Counted from the stretch's first letter, positions 1 to 12,455 are shown. The stretch is 64,000 nt of DNA from Octopus vulgaris (GCA_951406725.2 OX597832.1:18042001-18106000); one strand, 5' to 3'. Notes: a model not told the origin generated them from the sequence alone. Translations and numbers: made by a program.

Positions 1-472
<472 letters not shown>

Positions 473-1539
473 TTTCCTACTAAATAGGATGTTCCCGATA
501 TATAGGTAGCATTTTACATATTTTTATGTGTGTATGTGTGTGTGTGTTCAGTTTATTTATCATTATTTTTTTATTATTTTAATCTGACATATTTAATGCA
601 CCCGCATCCTAGCAATTTCCGATCGTTTATCGCAATTGTGTCTATTTCGTTAATTCCCAGATATTTGTAAATCCGGTTTTAGTGTAATTCTATCAACAAT
701 TTTACTTGCTCCAATATATTTATTAGTTTTATTAATTTTCTCTTTAAAGGTTACCTTGCATGCATTTTCGAAAAATCGCGTTTCATGCCAATTTCCCTAC
801 AGCATCCCGTTTCACAGGATCTAACAGTGTATATATATTTGGTTGCCATTTGCATCATACAGCTTAAGGTCATTCGTGTACAAGACATGGATGATAATCA
901 CCCCATAGCATTTGTATCTGTAAAGTGTCAGCACCAGATACAACAAGGAGTGGAGTGAGGCCAGTCCTGTCGGAATATGTCTTCTTATAGGGATGGGTTT
1001 TGCTTTTATAAATCTCTTTTGTCTGGATCTATGAAATGTTTTCCATTTACACATAGAATAACTGATGTAGCAGCTCGTTATTAACCTTAATATACTCGTG
1101 GTTAATGTGTCTAGAGTGTACGGTGGGGAAACACTGGAGTAAAGTTCGAGCCGTTATTTAGATGGCTAACCTTTTTCTCTTGAAGTAGTTGAGTCTATTC
1201 TGCATACCCGGCATTTTAAAACAAGCTCTATCTTCTTTTTTTCTAAACGAAATATTGAAGTTAGCCAATCCTATGTTGAAGTAGAATTTACAAAGATGAA
1301 TGGCGAAATCACTGAGGAATGGAACAAATTTTCTATTTAATATTTTGCTACAGCCGATTCGGTTATCATTTGAAATAATTCCAGGAATCAACTGATGTTT
1401 TGTCGAAACGGGTTCAGTAAGATAACCATCATGATTCGCTTGAATTGTTATAAGGTTGTATAGCACTCATGATATTCTAGTGATCTTAATTTGCCACCTG
1501 GTGAATGAATGCCTGACTCAAGCTTCTTGAAAATATTAG

Positions 1540-1670
1540 GGAGGCAGAGACATTGTATTACTTTCAAATTTTTGAACAAGGTTGGTGATGTCGACACATT
1601 TTATCGTCCCCGGTTAAGCAAAGTTGTCTTTGGTGGAATTAGAACTCAGAAATATGCTTATTTGTCGCTA
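1540..1670 (-). mobile_element. SINE family B, degenerate fragment
   Basis: tttatcgtcccc...gcaaagttgtctttggtggaattagaactcagaa matches the reverse complement of the family B body. Confidence 0.55.
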
Positions 1671-1743
1671 CACACCAAATCAAATCCTATATTGTTAAGT
1701 AATGATTGCTGGGCATGACCTCAGTAATTTCAAATAAATGTGT

Positions 1744-1797
1744 TTTCAAGAAGAGATTTCATAAAATCGAAACATGTCTGGAGTTAACTTCTTGAAA
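1744..1797 (+). ncRNA. Hammerhead ribozyme remnant with the CUGANGA half deleted
   Basis: Stem II GATTT-cata-AAATC, then GAAA, palindromic helix III ACATGT and a GUC triplet. Outer arms TTTCAAGAAG (1744-1753) and CTTCTTGAAA (1788-1797) are complementary. Confidence 0.5.
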
Positions 1798-2459
1798 TAT
1801 TTACAAATATTTTTTTTTTTCTTGAGCTAATGTGCTTATCACTGTGTTATTATGCTATTACATCAGAATCAGCAAATCCTTCTATTTCTTGTCTCTTCTG
1901 CTTTAAGATATACCGAGTGTGGAGATTGAAATTCCTTCTTATAATATCATGCTTTAAATACTTCTTAAGTAGCATATTACGAAGAAAATATCTCCATCCA
2001 ATATGTTGGTATCTTTTAACCAAATTGATCGCTGGACTTGCTTAGATAATCCAGCAAAATGTATACCGTATTACTTCCTAAACCCTTTAAAAAGATATGA
2101 GGGTCCCAGCAATATTGCGTTTAAAAATATAGGCAAGATGGTCAGAGATTAAATGACTTTGGTCATGTTTAATTGATTAACGATGGACTAGTGATTATCA
2201 TCAAGTAAATCATCGAAAAGGCGATTCGGTCATAAAGTATTTATCTGATGACTGGGATGATACAAACGTCATATTGGATATAGAACTGTCGGTGTAACCA
2301 TTGGTAGCCATGTTCAAAGTGAAATGAAGTGAGGAAAATTTATGAAGATATTGCTGCTGATTATTTGCTTTCAACTATGTTTGTAGTACATTTCTTTCCT
2401 TTTATTTTGTTATTTTTTCAATATTTATGTATTGTTATATTGTTTAATTGCAAAGAAGG

Positions 2460-2660
2460 TATAGAGAGAAACAAGGAAATAGAGAGAGATAGAGAGAGAG
2501 AGTGAGTGAAAATGATCTACAGATAGAGAGAGAGAGAGAAGTTGAGCGTGAGAGTGTGAGTGAAAATGATCTACAGAGAAAGAGAGAGAGCGTGAGAGAG
2601 AGAGAGTGAGTGAAAATGATCTATAGAGAAAGAGAGAGAGTGAGAGAGAGAGAGAGAAAA
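2460..2660. repeat. (AG)n tract with three copies of agtgagtgaaaatgatcta(c/t)ag
   Basis: Unit seen at ~2501, ~2553 and ~2605, separated by (AG)n. Confidence 0.9.
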
Positions 2661-3637
2661 AGAATCATCTATAGAGTGAAAGAGGGGACGAGAGTAGAGT
2701 GAGACCGAAAGATTATCATTCGATCGGAAGGCGGGAAATCTTGTTTTGCAGAAGCAGAAGAATTGGAAGCAAACGCCATCTTAGATGGCAGCCTGAAAAA
2801 AACAAAAACAAAACAAAAAGAAAAAACCAGAAATAAAATAGAAATGAACGTCTGGGGAATTGAAGGGAATGAAGATCGCACGAAAGAGAGCACAAACGAA
2901 CAGACTGGAGTTGGGGCGTTTTAGGTTTATGCATTGTGGTGACGGGGAGTTGAGGCGTTGGGGCGTAAGCTGTTCATGAAACGAGATGACTTCGTTAGCT
3001 GCTCTTAATGCTGTCTTGATGCAAATGCAGATAAGGGCGGTTCCTTTGCGGCTAGTTGCTGCCGCTGTTTTTCCCGCTGTAATTATTGCTGTTATTATTG
3101 TTATTTTTTTTTCCCACGTCGTTGATATTCCTAACGTTCTTGCTTTTGCGAATGCTGCTGCTTGTCTACTTGTGTTTTGTTTTTTGTTTTTATTCTTGTT
3201 GATATTTTTGCTATTGTTCCTGATAATAGTATGTCATCGATAAGGCATTGATACTGCATTTTATTAGAAATGAATGAGATAGAACACTTCTAGAAAGCAT
3301 CGCTGATATCGATGCCATTGCGCTTCTTACCGTTGTCATCGCTGCTACTTTTATATCAGAAATATTGCAATATTCAACATAAAGTTTCTTTTACTGCTAC
3401 CGTTTTCACTTTCTCATTTTTCCAGTAGTTACTTATACTCACCAATAATTATGTGTGTACTATTGCGACGAATCAAAACGAAATGAATTGGTGTACTAAT
3501 TTTTAATTCTTCCCAGAATCGAACTAGGACATACTCGCCATAGATCTACAACCTTGAAGTCCATAGACAAAACCGTTACCTCGATGATATTTCTGCTACA
3601 ACTAATTAAATTAATATATTGATCTCAATAAAGGCTT

Positions 3638-4192
3638 TAAGCTGGCAGAAACGTTAGCACGCCGGGCGAAATTCTTAGTAGTATTTCGTCTGCCGTTACG
3701 TTCTGAGTTCAAATTCCGCCGAGGTCAACTTTGTTCTTTCATCCTTTCTGGGCCGATAAATTAAGTACTAGTTATGCACTGGGGTCGATGTAATCGACTT
3801 AATCCGTTTGTCTGTCCTTGTTTTTTCCCTTTGTGTTTAGCCCCTTGTGGGTAGTAAAGAAATAGGTATTTTGTCTACCGTTATGTTCTGAGTTCAAATT
3901 CCGCCGGGATCGACTTTGCCTTTCATCCTTTCGGAGTCGATTAAATAAGTACCAGTTACGCACTGGGGTCGATATAATCGACTTAATCCGTCTGACTGTC
4001 CTTGTTTGTCTCTTCTGTGTTTAGCCCCTTGTGGATAGTAAAGAAATAGATATTTCGTCTGCCGTTACGTTCTGAGTTCAAATTCCGGCGAGGTCGACTT
4101 TGCCTTTCATCCTTTCGGGGTCGATTAAATAAGTAATCGACATTTGTTTGTCCCCTCTCTGTGTAGCCCAATGTGGGCAGTAAATAAATAAG
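3638..4192 (+). mobile_element. SINE family B (tRNA-like head, possibly Meta-type central domain), three tandem ~185 bp units
   Basis: Head gctggcagaaacgttagcacgccgggcgaaa, B-box-like gagttcaaattcc, core gcctttcatcctttcggggtcgataaattaagtaccag. Units start at ~3681, 3866 and 4050. Confidence 0.85.
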
Positions 4193-4926
4193 AAAGTGAT
4201 GGACGGTGAAGAAGACAAGAAAGGGGGTCAAAAAAGAAGTTACACTCCTATAGAAGACTAAATTCACCCGACTTTGTATCAATGCTGGAGAATTTGATTC
4301 CATGTACGATTCCAGCAAGTTCCCATATACACTATAACATACCCGCGTTAAAAGTGGTTCGAATACATTGCAATGCAACTTTGTACTGTGTTTGTGTGTA
4401 TAGCTTGGAACCACGACGCTCAATCCAAATTAACAGAACGATTTTTTTCAGTAGGACTTGTAACAGTAGTAATATTGGTAGTAGTAGTAGCAGCAGTAAT
4501 AGTGGTAGTAGTAGTAGAGCACCAGCCATAACTATATAGTAGTGGTGCTAGTGGTTGTGAGATTAGCATTCATAGTAGCAGCAGCAGTGGATGTAGCAGT
4601 AGCAGTAGCAGCAGCAGTAGTAGCAGCAGTAGTTGTAGTAGTAGTAGTAGTAGTAATCATAGCAGCAGCAGTAGTATTACTAGTAGTAGTAGTAGTAGTA
4701 GTAGTTGTAGTAGTAGTATAACAGCAGCCATAACTGTAGTATTACCAGTACTAGTAGTAGTAGTAGTATTAGTAGTAGTAGTAGTATATTTATCATTTTT
4801 GCTTCTAAGGATTTTTCTGCTCCTGTTGTGGGTCAGTAGGTTATTGTCACTAAACTTATTCACCGATCAGGCTCCTCTTTGCCTTAGTTATTAATACGAG
4901 TCTTCTTCTTCTTCTTCTTCTTCTTC

Positions 4927-4979
<53 letters not shown>

Positions 4980-5528
4980 GAGTGAGAGAGCAGTTCATGC
5001 CATCAAAGTGACACTGGGGTAAAATATACGAAGCCCAATATACCCATCATGACTACCCGTCTGATAAAGGTACACCAGGCACATGCATCACAACCATATG
5101 TGCGCGACATGGTGATCTCATATCAAGATAAACAGCACATGACCTTGCAGGTGGGGCCCAGTTAGAATTTTCTTCTGGTTGAGTAGCCCATCCCGCTCAA
5201 ACGGTCCCTGAATAAGGGTTGTTTAAGGATGTTGAAAGAACCACCCATGTTTCCAGGGGTGAACTATTCAAACCCCAAAGAATCCCTCTCAACACATGGC
5301 TATGATGCTCCCCCACTACTTCTGCTCGTGATCAGAGATGCACATATCGTCAGCCACTAAGGGACATGTTCAACTGGTTAAGGTCAAACAACTGACAAGC
5401 AAATCTGTGGTATTGAGCAGAATATTTGCTGTAGCCCATCTTTTATACCAAGACAAAACAATGTACATGATAACACTTCCAATCAGTTAAGATCAGAAGC
5501 CATGAGAGCCACTGCCTGGTACTGCATC

Positions 5529-5529
<1 letters not shown>
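4980..5529 (-). mobile_element. Non-coding ~550 bp retroelement inserted in (TAA)n, copy 1
   Basis: Complex sequence flanked on both sides by (ATT)n; highly similar second copy at 7593-8020 with the same left junction. Confidence 0.8.
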
Positions 5530-5583
<54 letters not shown>

Positions 5584-5593
5584 GTTATTACAA

Positions 5594-5823
5594 TTTGGCA
5601 GAATTGTTAGCACGCCGGTCAAGATGCTGAGCGGTATATATTTCTGAGTTCAAATACTAGGGTGCATTTTGTCCGCTTTTACGTTCTGTGTTCAAATTCC
5701 ATCGAGATCTATTTTGCTTGTCGTCCTCCTGGAGTGCATTAAATAAGTACCAACTGAACATTAGGGTCGATGTAATCAACAGAACCCCTTCTCCGTACAT
5801 GCTCGCATTGTGCCAACATTTGA

Positions 5824-5826
<3 letters not shown>
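5594..5826 (+). mobile_element. SINE family B, degenerate copy
   Basis: ttggcagaattgttagcacgccgg...gttcaaattcc...taagtaccaactg...gggtcgatgtaatc. Confidence 0.75.
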
Positions 5827-5861
<35 letters not shown>

Positions 5862-5863
<2 letters not shown>

Positions 5864-6158
5864 GAAGAGAAAGGTAAGTCAGAAGATATGACAGGTTAGC
5901 TTGGGAAGTTAAGTAGTTGTGGTTGACGTAAAAGGTAGCAGTAGTACCAATAATTATTGGAACCCTTGGAACAGTGAGCAAAAATCTCAAGAAGTACATG
6001 GAACAAATAGGGGATGCAATAAGGGTGGAGTACTTGCAGAAAACAGAGCTGCAAATACTTCGGTGATGCTCGAAATATAAGAAGTGTTATCTTAGTTCAC
6101 TGCTAGTGAACAGGTGACACTGTAGTGCATATCTAACGTTAGAAGCTGTGCAAAGGCA
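5862..6158 (+). mobile_element. 3' end of an R4/Dong-clade non-LTR element (restriction-like endonuclease C-terminus plus 3' UTR) in (TAA)n
   Basis: Frame from 5881 reads RRYDRLAWEVK*LWLT*KVAVVPIIIGTLGTVSKNLKKYMEQIGDAIRVEYLQKTELQILR*, matching the R4/Dong C-terminal pattern KY..L..E...LW...V.VIPIVIGALG...LQK. (TAA)n on both sides. Confidence 0.8.
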
Positions 6159-6196
6159 ATAATAATAGTAATAATAATAGTAGTAATAATAATAAT

Positions 6197-6322
6197 GGGT
6201 TCAAATTCCGCCCTCGTCGATTCTGCCTTTCATTTTTCGGGATCGATAAAGTAAGTACCAGTAAATCATTGGGGTCGATGTAATCCAAAATTTCAGGCCT
6301 TGTGCATATATTAGAAAGGAAT
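6197..6322 (+). mobile_element. SINE family B fragment (second tail type)
   Basis: gggttcaaattccgcc...gcctttcattttt...gtcgatgtaatc...aaaatttcaggccttgtgc. Confidence 0.7.
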
Positions 6323-6353
6323 ATTATTATTATCATTATTATTATCATTATTA

Positions 6354-6423
<70 letters not shown>

Positions 6424-7067
6424 CATTATTATTATTATTATCGTCGTGGTCATCAGTATTGTAGCTACAACAGCTAATGTGTTAACAATATTGTTACAAC
6501 GAGCGTCATTCATCACAGTGACACATCTAACGTCATTAAGTTAGCAACTTTACTAACGAGGCCCATGTGAATGTGTCATGGCTGACACGAACAGCAGTTC
6601 AGCTCATATTCTCTCTGCCATTATGTCTGCTTTCTCTTCGGCCATTTATCAAAATACTAATCATGGCAATCGTTACGACATACGAGCGAACGAACGAACG
6701 AGCGAACGAGCGAACGAGCGATCAACCAATCGAGCGAACGAGCGATTGGTTGATTAAGTGAGTGAGCAAGCGAATAAATAATAATAAAACCCAAAAAAAA
6801 AGAAAAAAAGATGAAAAAAAAATGATGTCGGTGGGTAATCACTTGAGAATTGGATTCATTCCCGTAAAACATAAAACAAAGAACGAAAATAATAATAATA
6901 AAAGAAAGATGCATAAATAAATAAATAAATAAATAAATGAAGAAAGAAGCCATAAAGATGAATATGAAATGGAGGAAAAAGAGTAATATGGGTCAAAATG
7001 ATAAATTCGGATCACAATTTTTTTTTCTTTTACGGTGGCATACGGGAAATGATAACTGCAAAACTGC

Positions 7068-7129
7068 AGTTGCTGCTTCTCCTACGCCTCCTCCTCCTCC
7101 TTCTTCGCCCCCTCCTCCTCCTCCTCCTC

Positions 7130-7163
<34 letters not shown>

Positions 7164-7166
7164 GGC

Positions 7167-7246
<80 letters not shown>

Positions 7247-7345
7247 CTTTTGCTGATGCTACTGCTACTACTACTAATATTAACAACCGCAATAACAACA
7301 ATCATAATAATAATACTACTACTACTACTAATAATAATAATAATC
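7068..7345. repeat. Compound trinucleotide microsatellite (CCT)(ACT)(GCT)(GAT)...(AAT)
   Basis: Consecutive pure blocks visible directly in the sequence. Confidence 0.95.
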
Positions 7346-7450
7346 CCTTGTATTGGAGGCAGAAGGCATAAGATTTGTGGAATGGGGACTGGTTGATTAT
7401 ACTGACCCCACTGTTTCACAGCAGCAGGAGTAAAATGATTATTATTGTTG

Positions 7451-7577
<127 letters not shown>

Positions 7578-7592
7578 ATTATTATTATTATT

Positions 7593-8020
7593 GGGTGAGA
7601 GAGCAGTGCACGTCATCAAAGTGGCACTGGGCAAAATAAACGAAGCCCAATATACCCATCATGACTACCCGTCTGATAAGGGTACACCAGACACATGCAT
7701 TACAACCATATGTGCGCAACATAGTGATCTTATATCAAGATAAACAGCACATGACCTTGCAAGTGTGGCCTAGTTAGAAATTTCTTCTGGTCGAGTAACC
7801 CATCTCGCTCTAAAGGTCCCTGAATAAGGGTTGTTTAAAGATGTTGAACGAAACACCCATGTTTCCAAAGGTGAATTATTCAAACCCCAAAGAATCCCTC
7901 TCAACACATGGCTATGATGCTCCCCCACTACTTCTACTCGTGGTCAGAGATGCACACATTGTCAGCCACATAAGGGACATGCTCAACTTGTTAAGGTCAA
8001 ATAACTGACAAGCAAATCTG
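7593..8020 (-). mobile_element. Non-coding (TAA)n-inserted element, copy 2 (truncated)
   Basis: Aligns to 4980-5407, lacks the last ~120 bp of copy 1, flanked by (ATT)n. Confidence 0.8.
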
Positions 8021-8044
8021 TTATTATAAATTTATTATTATTAA

Positions 8045-8123
<79 letters not shown>

Positions 8124-8481
8124 GTTATTATTATTAGTGAAATAGCATAGAATTTGTGTAGGGGTCTAGTCGACTGTATCGACCCCGGTACACAACTCTT
8201 ACTTAGTTTGAACAATTTCAAATGACGTAATATTATTGTTAATAGCGTTAAAAAATTATTGAAAATGTTATTGTTTTCATACTAATTCATCTTTTAATGT
8301 TGATGAAGTAAGATCTATAACAAAAACAACACATATTTTGTTTATAAATATATTGAGCTAGCCAGAAAAAAAAACAACAAAAACAAATATGGTGATATTT
8401 GTTTTCGCCTTTGTTGTTGATAATTATACTGTTCATTGTTTTTCTTTGACATACATGAAAGCGATATGATATTGAGAAATA

Positions 8482-9561
8482 CGTGGTCTGATTAATAAGT
8501 ATCAGATCTGTTGCCATTGTAACGAAGCAAAAGCACGTAGAGTAAAGCCCTAATTTTCATAATTCTCGACACAATAAAGATCTTGTGTAACTAAAAACTG
8601 AGTGTATTTTTGTTTAACTGAAAGCAGTTTTGGCACAAACTTGGCGGACACGCGACTCATACCCAAATCTTCAGTGACAATGGACTGAACTGAATCATTT
8701 ATTGTGCATTGATTTTCCTTGACATATATGAAAGCGATATGATATTGAGAAATATGTGGTCTGATTAAGTATCAGATCTGTTGCCATTGTAACGAAGCTA
8801 AATCACATAGAGCAAAGCTGCTCAACACAAACTGGTATTCAAATCTGCCGTGCATGTGTACTAAGTTGTAAAGTTGTAGCTCACCTCTGCTGTTTACAGC
8901 AGTGCTGGGAAGGAACATGTGTAGCGTGTGATCATCGCACTGACCATGGCAGAGGAAGTTGAGCAGAGAATCTGCATCAAATTTTGCCAAAACTTTCGTG
9001 ATAGCTGCTCAGAGGCCTACGCAAAGTTTTCAAAGATTTTCATCATTCTACACGCAATCAAGATCTTGTGTAACTTGAAACCTGAGTGTATTTTTGTTTA
9101 GCAGAAAGCAGTTCTGACGCAAACTTGGCGGATACGCGTCTCACACCTAAATCTTCAGTGATAATGGACTGAACTGAATCGTAACTAATCTGCACAATCT
9201 TTGATAACTCACAGATCGTTATTCGACGATTTCGTCAATATCGACATTTTTCGGTCATCTTGGAAACGTCTGGACCATTTGTGCGTTTGTATGCACATTA
9301 TACACTCCTCTCCATACACATTCTGCAAATTTGCGTAGGCCACTGAGCATGTATCGCCATGGTAAGTTTCTCTGCCATGCTGAATGAAACGATCACACGT
9401 TATACGCCTTCCTTCTTAAACAGCGGAAGTGAATTTCAACGTTAAAAATTAGATCGTATGCACAGCAGAGTTCAAGGTCAATTTATGCCCAGCAGCTTTA
9501 CACTGCGTGCTTTAGATTCGTTGCTGTGTCAACATTCCGGATACTTCTTGATCAGACCTCC
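8482..9561. mobile_element. Rearranged non-autonomous mariner element(s) with TIRs and TA flanks
   Basis: TIR-like TA|cgtggtctgattaataagtatc (8482) and TA|tgtggtctg (8755), inverted copy ending 9561|TA. Plus strand from 8946: MAEEVEQRICIKFCQ. Minus strand ~9280-9100: WSRRFQD..NRRITICELSKIVQISYDSVQSIITEDLGVRRVSAKF. Minus strand ~8695-8620: SVQSIVTEDLGMSRVSAKFVPKLL (mariner WVPHEL-equivalent). Confidence 0.85.
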
Positions 9562-10446
9562 TATATCTTTCATAAATATATTGCGCTGTTGAAAAAGATT
9601 TTAGAAACGTTTATTGCAGGGATTATCTTCGCTGTTTATTGCTGGTAAGAAAAATATAGCTGATAAATATCCCATTCATTCTAAACACCCAGAATGAAAG
9701 ACAGACAGACAGATACACTGATAGACACACACATATAGTAGTAAGAAACGCATAATATATACTATATGCTTGTTTCCGTAATCTTTCGTTATTACATAAG
9801 CCGGTTAGATCTATTGTGTAATACGAGGCACTATTTCGTCGGGGCTAGCTGCATAAATTTTGTTGTTGGTGCTACTGCTGGTGACTATGATAATGATGAT
9901 GATGATGCGAATGAGGTTGATGTCAATGACCACGACAAGGACATTGATTACTCCGGTATTGCGATTTGGAATTATCGGTAAAACTAATGATTCTAGCGTT
10001 ACTGAATCAATGAGATGGTGGCAGTAGTGTTAGTGGGGATAACAATGATGATGGTAACGAGAGTGGTGGCAGTAGTTTTTGTCGTTGGCAGAGATTGTGG
10101 TGGTGACCTTGCTGTGGTTATAGTGCTGGTGGTGAAGATGATGCTGACTCTGGGAGTGATGTCGATCGCTGGAGATATCGTTGATGGGGCTGATGGGCAA
10201 GACGACGGCGAAGGTGATGGCGTTGATCGATAAGGCTGCGTTGGCGAATGCCATTAGCGTTGACGTTGTGCTTGTTGGTGATGGTGGTGGTAGCAATGGA
10301 GTTCATAATGCTTAGGGTGGAGATGTTGGCAGTGGTCAAAGCAGTGATACCTATGACGATGAACATAGTAATGGTTATAGTGGTGTTGGCACTGGTGACG
10401 GTGGTGGCTCCGAGTCTGCTAATGTTGGGGATGATTATATTGATGA

Positions 10447-10819
10447 CTAGCAGTATCGCCCGGCGTTGCTCGGGTTTGTAAGGGAAATAACTATAAAGCA
10501 TTTTTAGAGAGTTATAGCCAAAAAATGGAAAAAAAATTATGGTCAATTTTTTTTTTAGTTAAAAAGGTCGAGTTGCGTCCCCTAGACAGTCTGTGGTTTG
10601 TGTTTCTGATTCTCGACCCCCATGTCGAATTTATCGATTTTTTTCAGAACTGGGGGAACTTTTCAAAATTTTCGCTGCGTTAGTTTTGAATTATGACATT
10701 GGGCTATGTGTGTGTCAAGTTTCATCAGAATCGGTTGAAAGCCGTGGTCAGGGTGAAGGTACGAGAAAACAGACACACAGAAACACGCACAGACAAACTG
10801 CCGTTTATATAGAGAGAGA
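10447..10819 (-). mobile_element. Non-autonomous Helitron
   Basis: On the minus strand it begins TC, ends CTAG and has a GC hairpin (cccggcgttgctcggg, 10459-10474) ~12 nt from the 3' end. It sits between A and T with no TSD; removing it restores tgatga|tgaagg. Confidence 0.85.
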
Positions 10820-11479
10820 TGAAGGGTTGGTGTTGGTGTTGTTGTTGTCATTGGTGGTGATGGTTGTGGCAGAGATGATTGATAGCTATATTATTGGTGG
10901 TACTTGAATTCATGCTAATAGTGTTACTGATGATGGAGTTGTATATAATATTTTGAAAGGGAGGGTAACAATGGCCGTTCCTGTGATGGTGGTGGTCGTG
11001 GTGATGCTATTGGTAATGTTGAAGGCGAGAAGGTGATAATGGCCGTGTTGGTGATGAAGAGATTATCGAAGTGGTGGTGGATGTGAAGGTGATAGTGATG
11101 CTAATCGTAGTGGTGGTGGTGGTGGTGGTGGTGGTGGTGGTAGTGAGAGTAGAGGCGTAGATTGTGGTCATTTTAGTGATGTTTATGGTTATGATGATGA
11201 TTTTGCTCCCGAAAGTCATGATGATGGTGGTGGTAAAGATAGCAGTGGTAGAGGTGGGTGGTTACGGTGGTGGCTTCGGTGAGAGTATTGGCAGCGGTGG
11301 TGCATTTGGTGATGGTGGTGGATGTGGTCGTAGTCGTGTCGAAGGAGGAGGGGGAGGGAAAAGAAGGAAGAGGAGGAGAGGAAGGAGGAGAAGGTGGTGG
11401 TGGTGGTATTGGTGGTGATGATGGTGGCTCTAGCGGTTGCGGCATCAATGGCGACGGCGTAAGTGGTGGTAGTAGTGGT

Positions 11480-11557
11480 GGTGGTGTTGGTAGTGGTGGC
11501 GATGGTGGTAGAACTGAAGTTTGTGATAGTGTCGAAAGTGGTGTCGGTTTTGTTTTT

Positions 11558-11591
<34 letters not shown>

Positions 11592-11760
11592 AAGTTCTTG
11601 TTGTTGTTGTTGGCGGTGGTGGTGATAGTGGTGTTGATGGTGGTAGAATTAAAGTTAAGTTTGTGATAGTGTCGAAAGTGGTGTCGGTTTTGTTTTTGTA
11701 GTAGTAGTAGTAGTTGTTGTTTTTGTTGTTGTTGTTGGTGGTGGTGATAATGGTGGATGG
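11480..11760. repeat. ~140 bp tandem duplication in GGT/GTA-rich low-complexity DNA
   Basis: aagtttgtgatagtgtcgaaagtggtgtcggttttgtttttgtagtagtag occurs at ~11517 and ~11657. Confidence 0.9.
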
Positions 11761-12349
11761 GTGATGGCGATGATGGTGACGATTGCGGCCGTATTAGTGA
11801 TAGTAATTGTCACGCTGATGTTGGCTCAGCAACCATTATTGAATAAACGGGTTGAGTGATTCTTTGCGGCGGCGCATGCCCTTATGTTAGAAAAGGAGCA
11901 GGTTAGGAAGATAAGAAGAACATGATAAAGAACGAGAAGCAGAAATGGCGATAGCTTTGGCAATATTCGTTGCAGATTTAATAAGTGGTGGAGGAGGAAG
12001 AAGCATCATGACGACACGGCAGACAAACGTGGAATGGGAGAGAATGTGTCAGAGACGGAGAAACAGATACAGACTTTAAAGAGAGGTAGCAGAGAAACAA
12101 GGAGGGAAAGCAAGAGGATAAGAGTAGAGAGAGAGGGAGTGGGAGTGAAGGAGGGAGACCATTAATGGTAAGAGATGTATTTTTTTTTTTTAATATATAT
12201 CTTTCGTCGTGATGAACATGTGGGGGTAGAGATTTAATTTACTCCGTTGGCCATTTTATCACCGGGCAACTGTCGAATTGACAAGCAAAATCGCAGCCAC
12301 TTGCGCCAAGTACCACCAAGGGACCGAATCATCGACATCTCTTCGTCAC

Positions 12350-12356
12350 TTTCCTT

Positions 12357-12455
<99 letters not shown>

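Larger units (their letters stand above)
620..2330 (-). mobile_element. Decayed R4/Dong-clade non-LTR retrotransposon, reverse transcriptase region (frameshifted and interrupted)
   Basis: ORF 821..1054(-) reads WKT...KPIPIRRHIPTGLASLHSLLYLVL...IIHVLYTNDLKLYDAN, resembling the R4/Dong RT motifs IRRGIFQGDSLSPLLF and ISHLLYMDDLKLYA. YKYLGI lies at 669-652(-). The 1810-2330 part is less certain. Interrupted by a SINE fragment (~1540-1670) and a hammerhead remnant (~1744-1797). Confidence 0.75.

Noticed and set aside
3681-4190. Regularly spaced repeats suggestive of a CRISPR array
   Set aside because: Whole ~185 bp units repeat with no unique spacers, the context is eukaryotic SINE DNA, and there are no cas genes.
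6937-7371. 144 aa ORF with poly-P/T/A/D/N resembling a transcription-factor low-complexity region
   Set aside because: It is explained by a compound microsatellite, overlapping frames are equally open, and no domain or splice support is visible.
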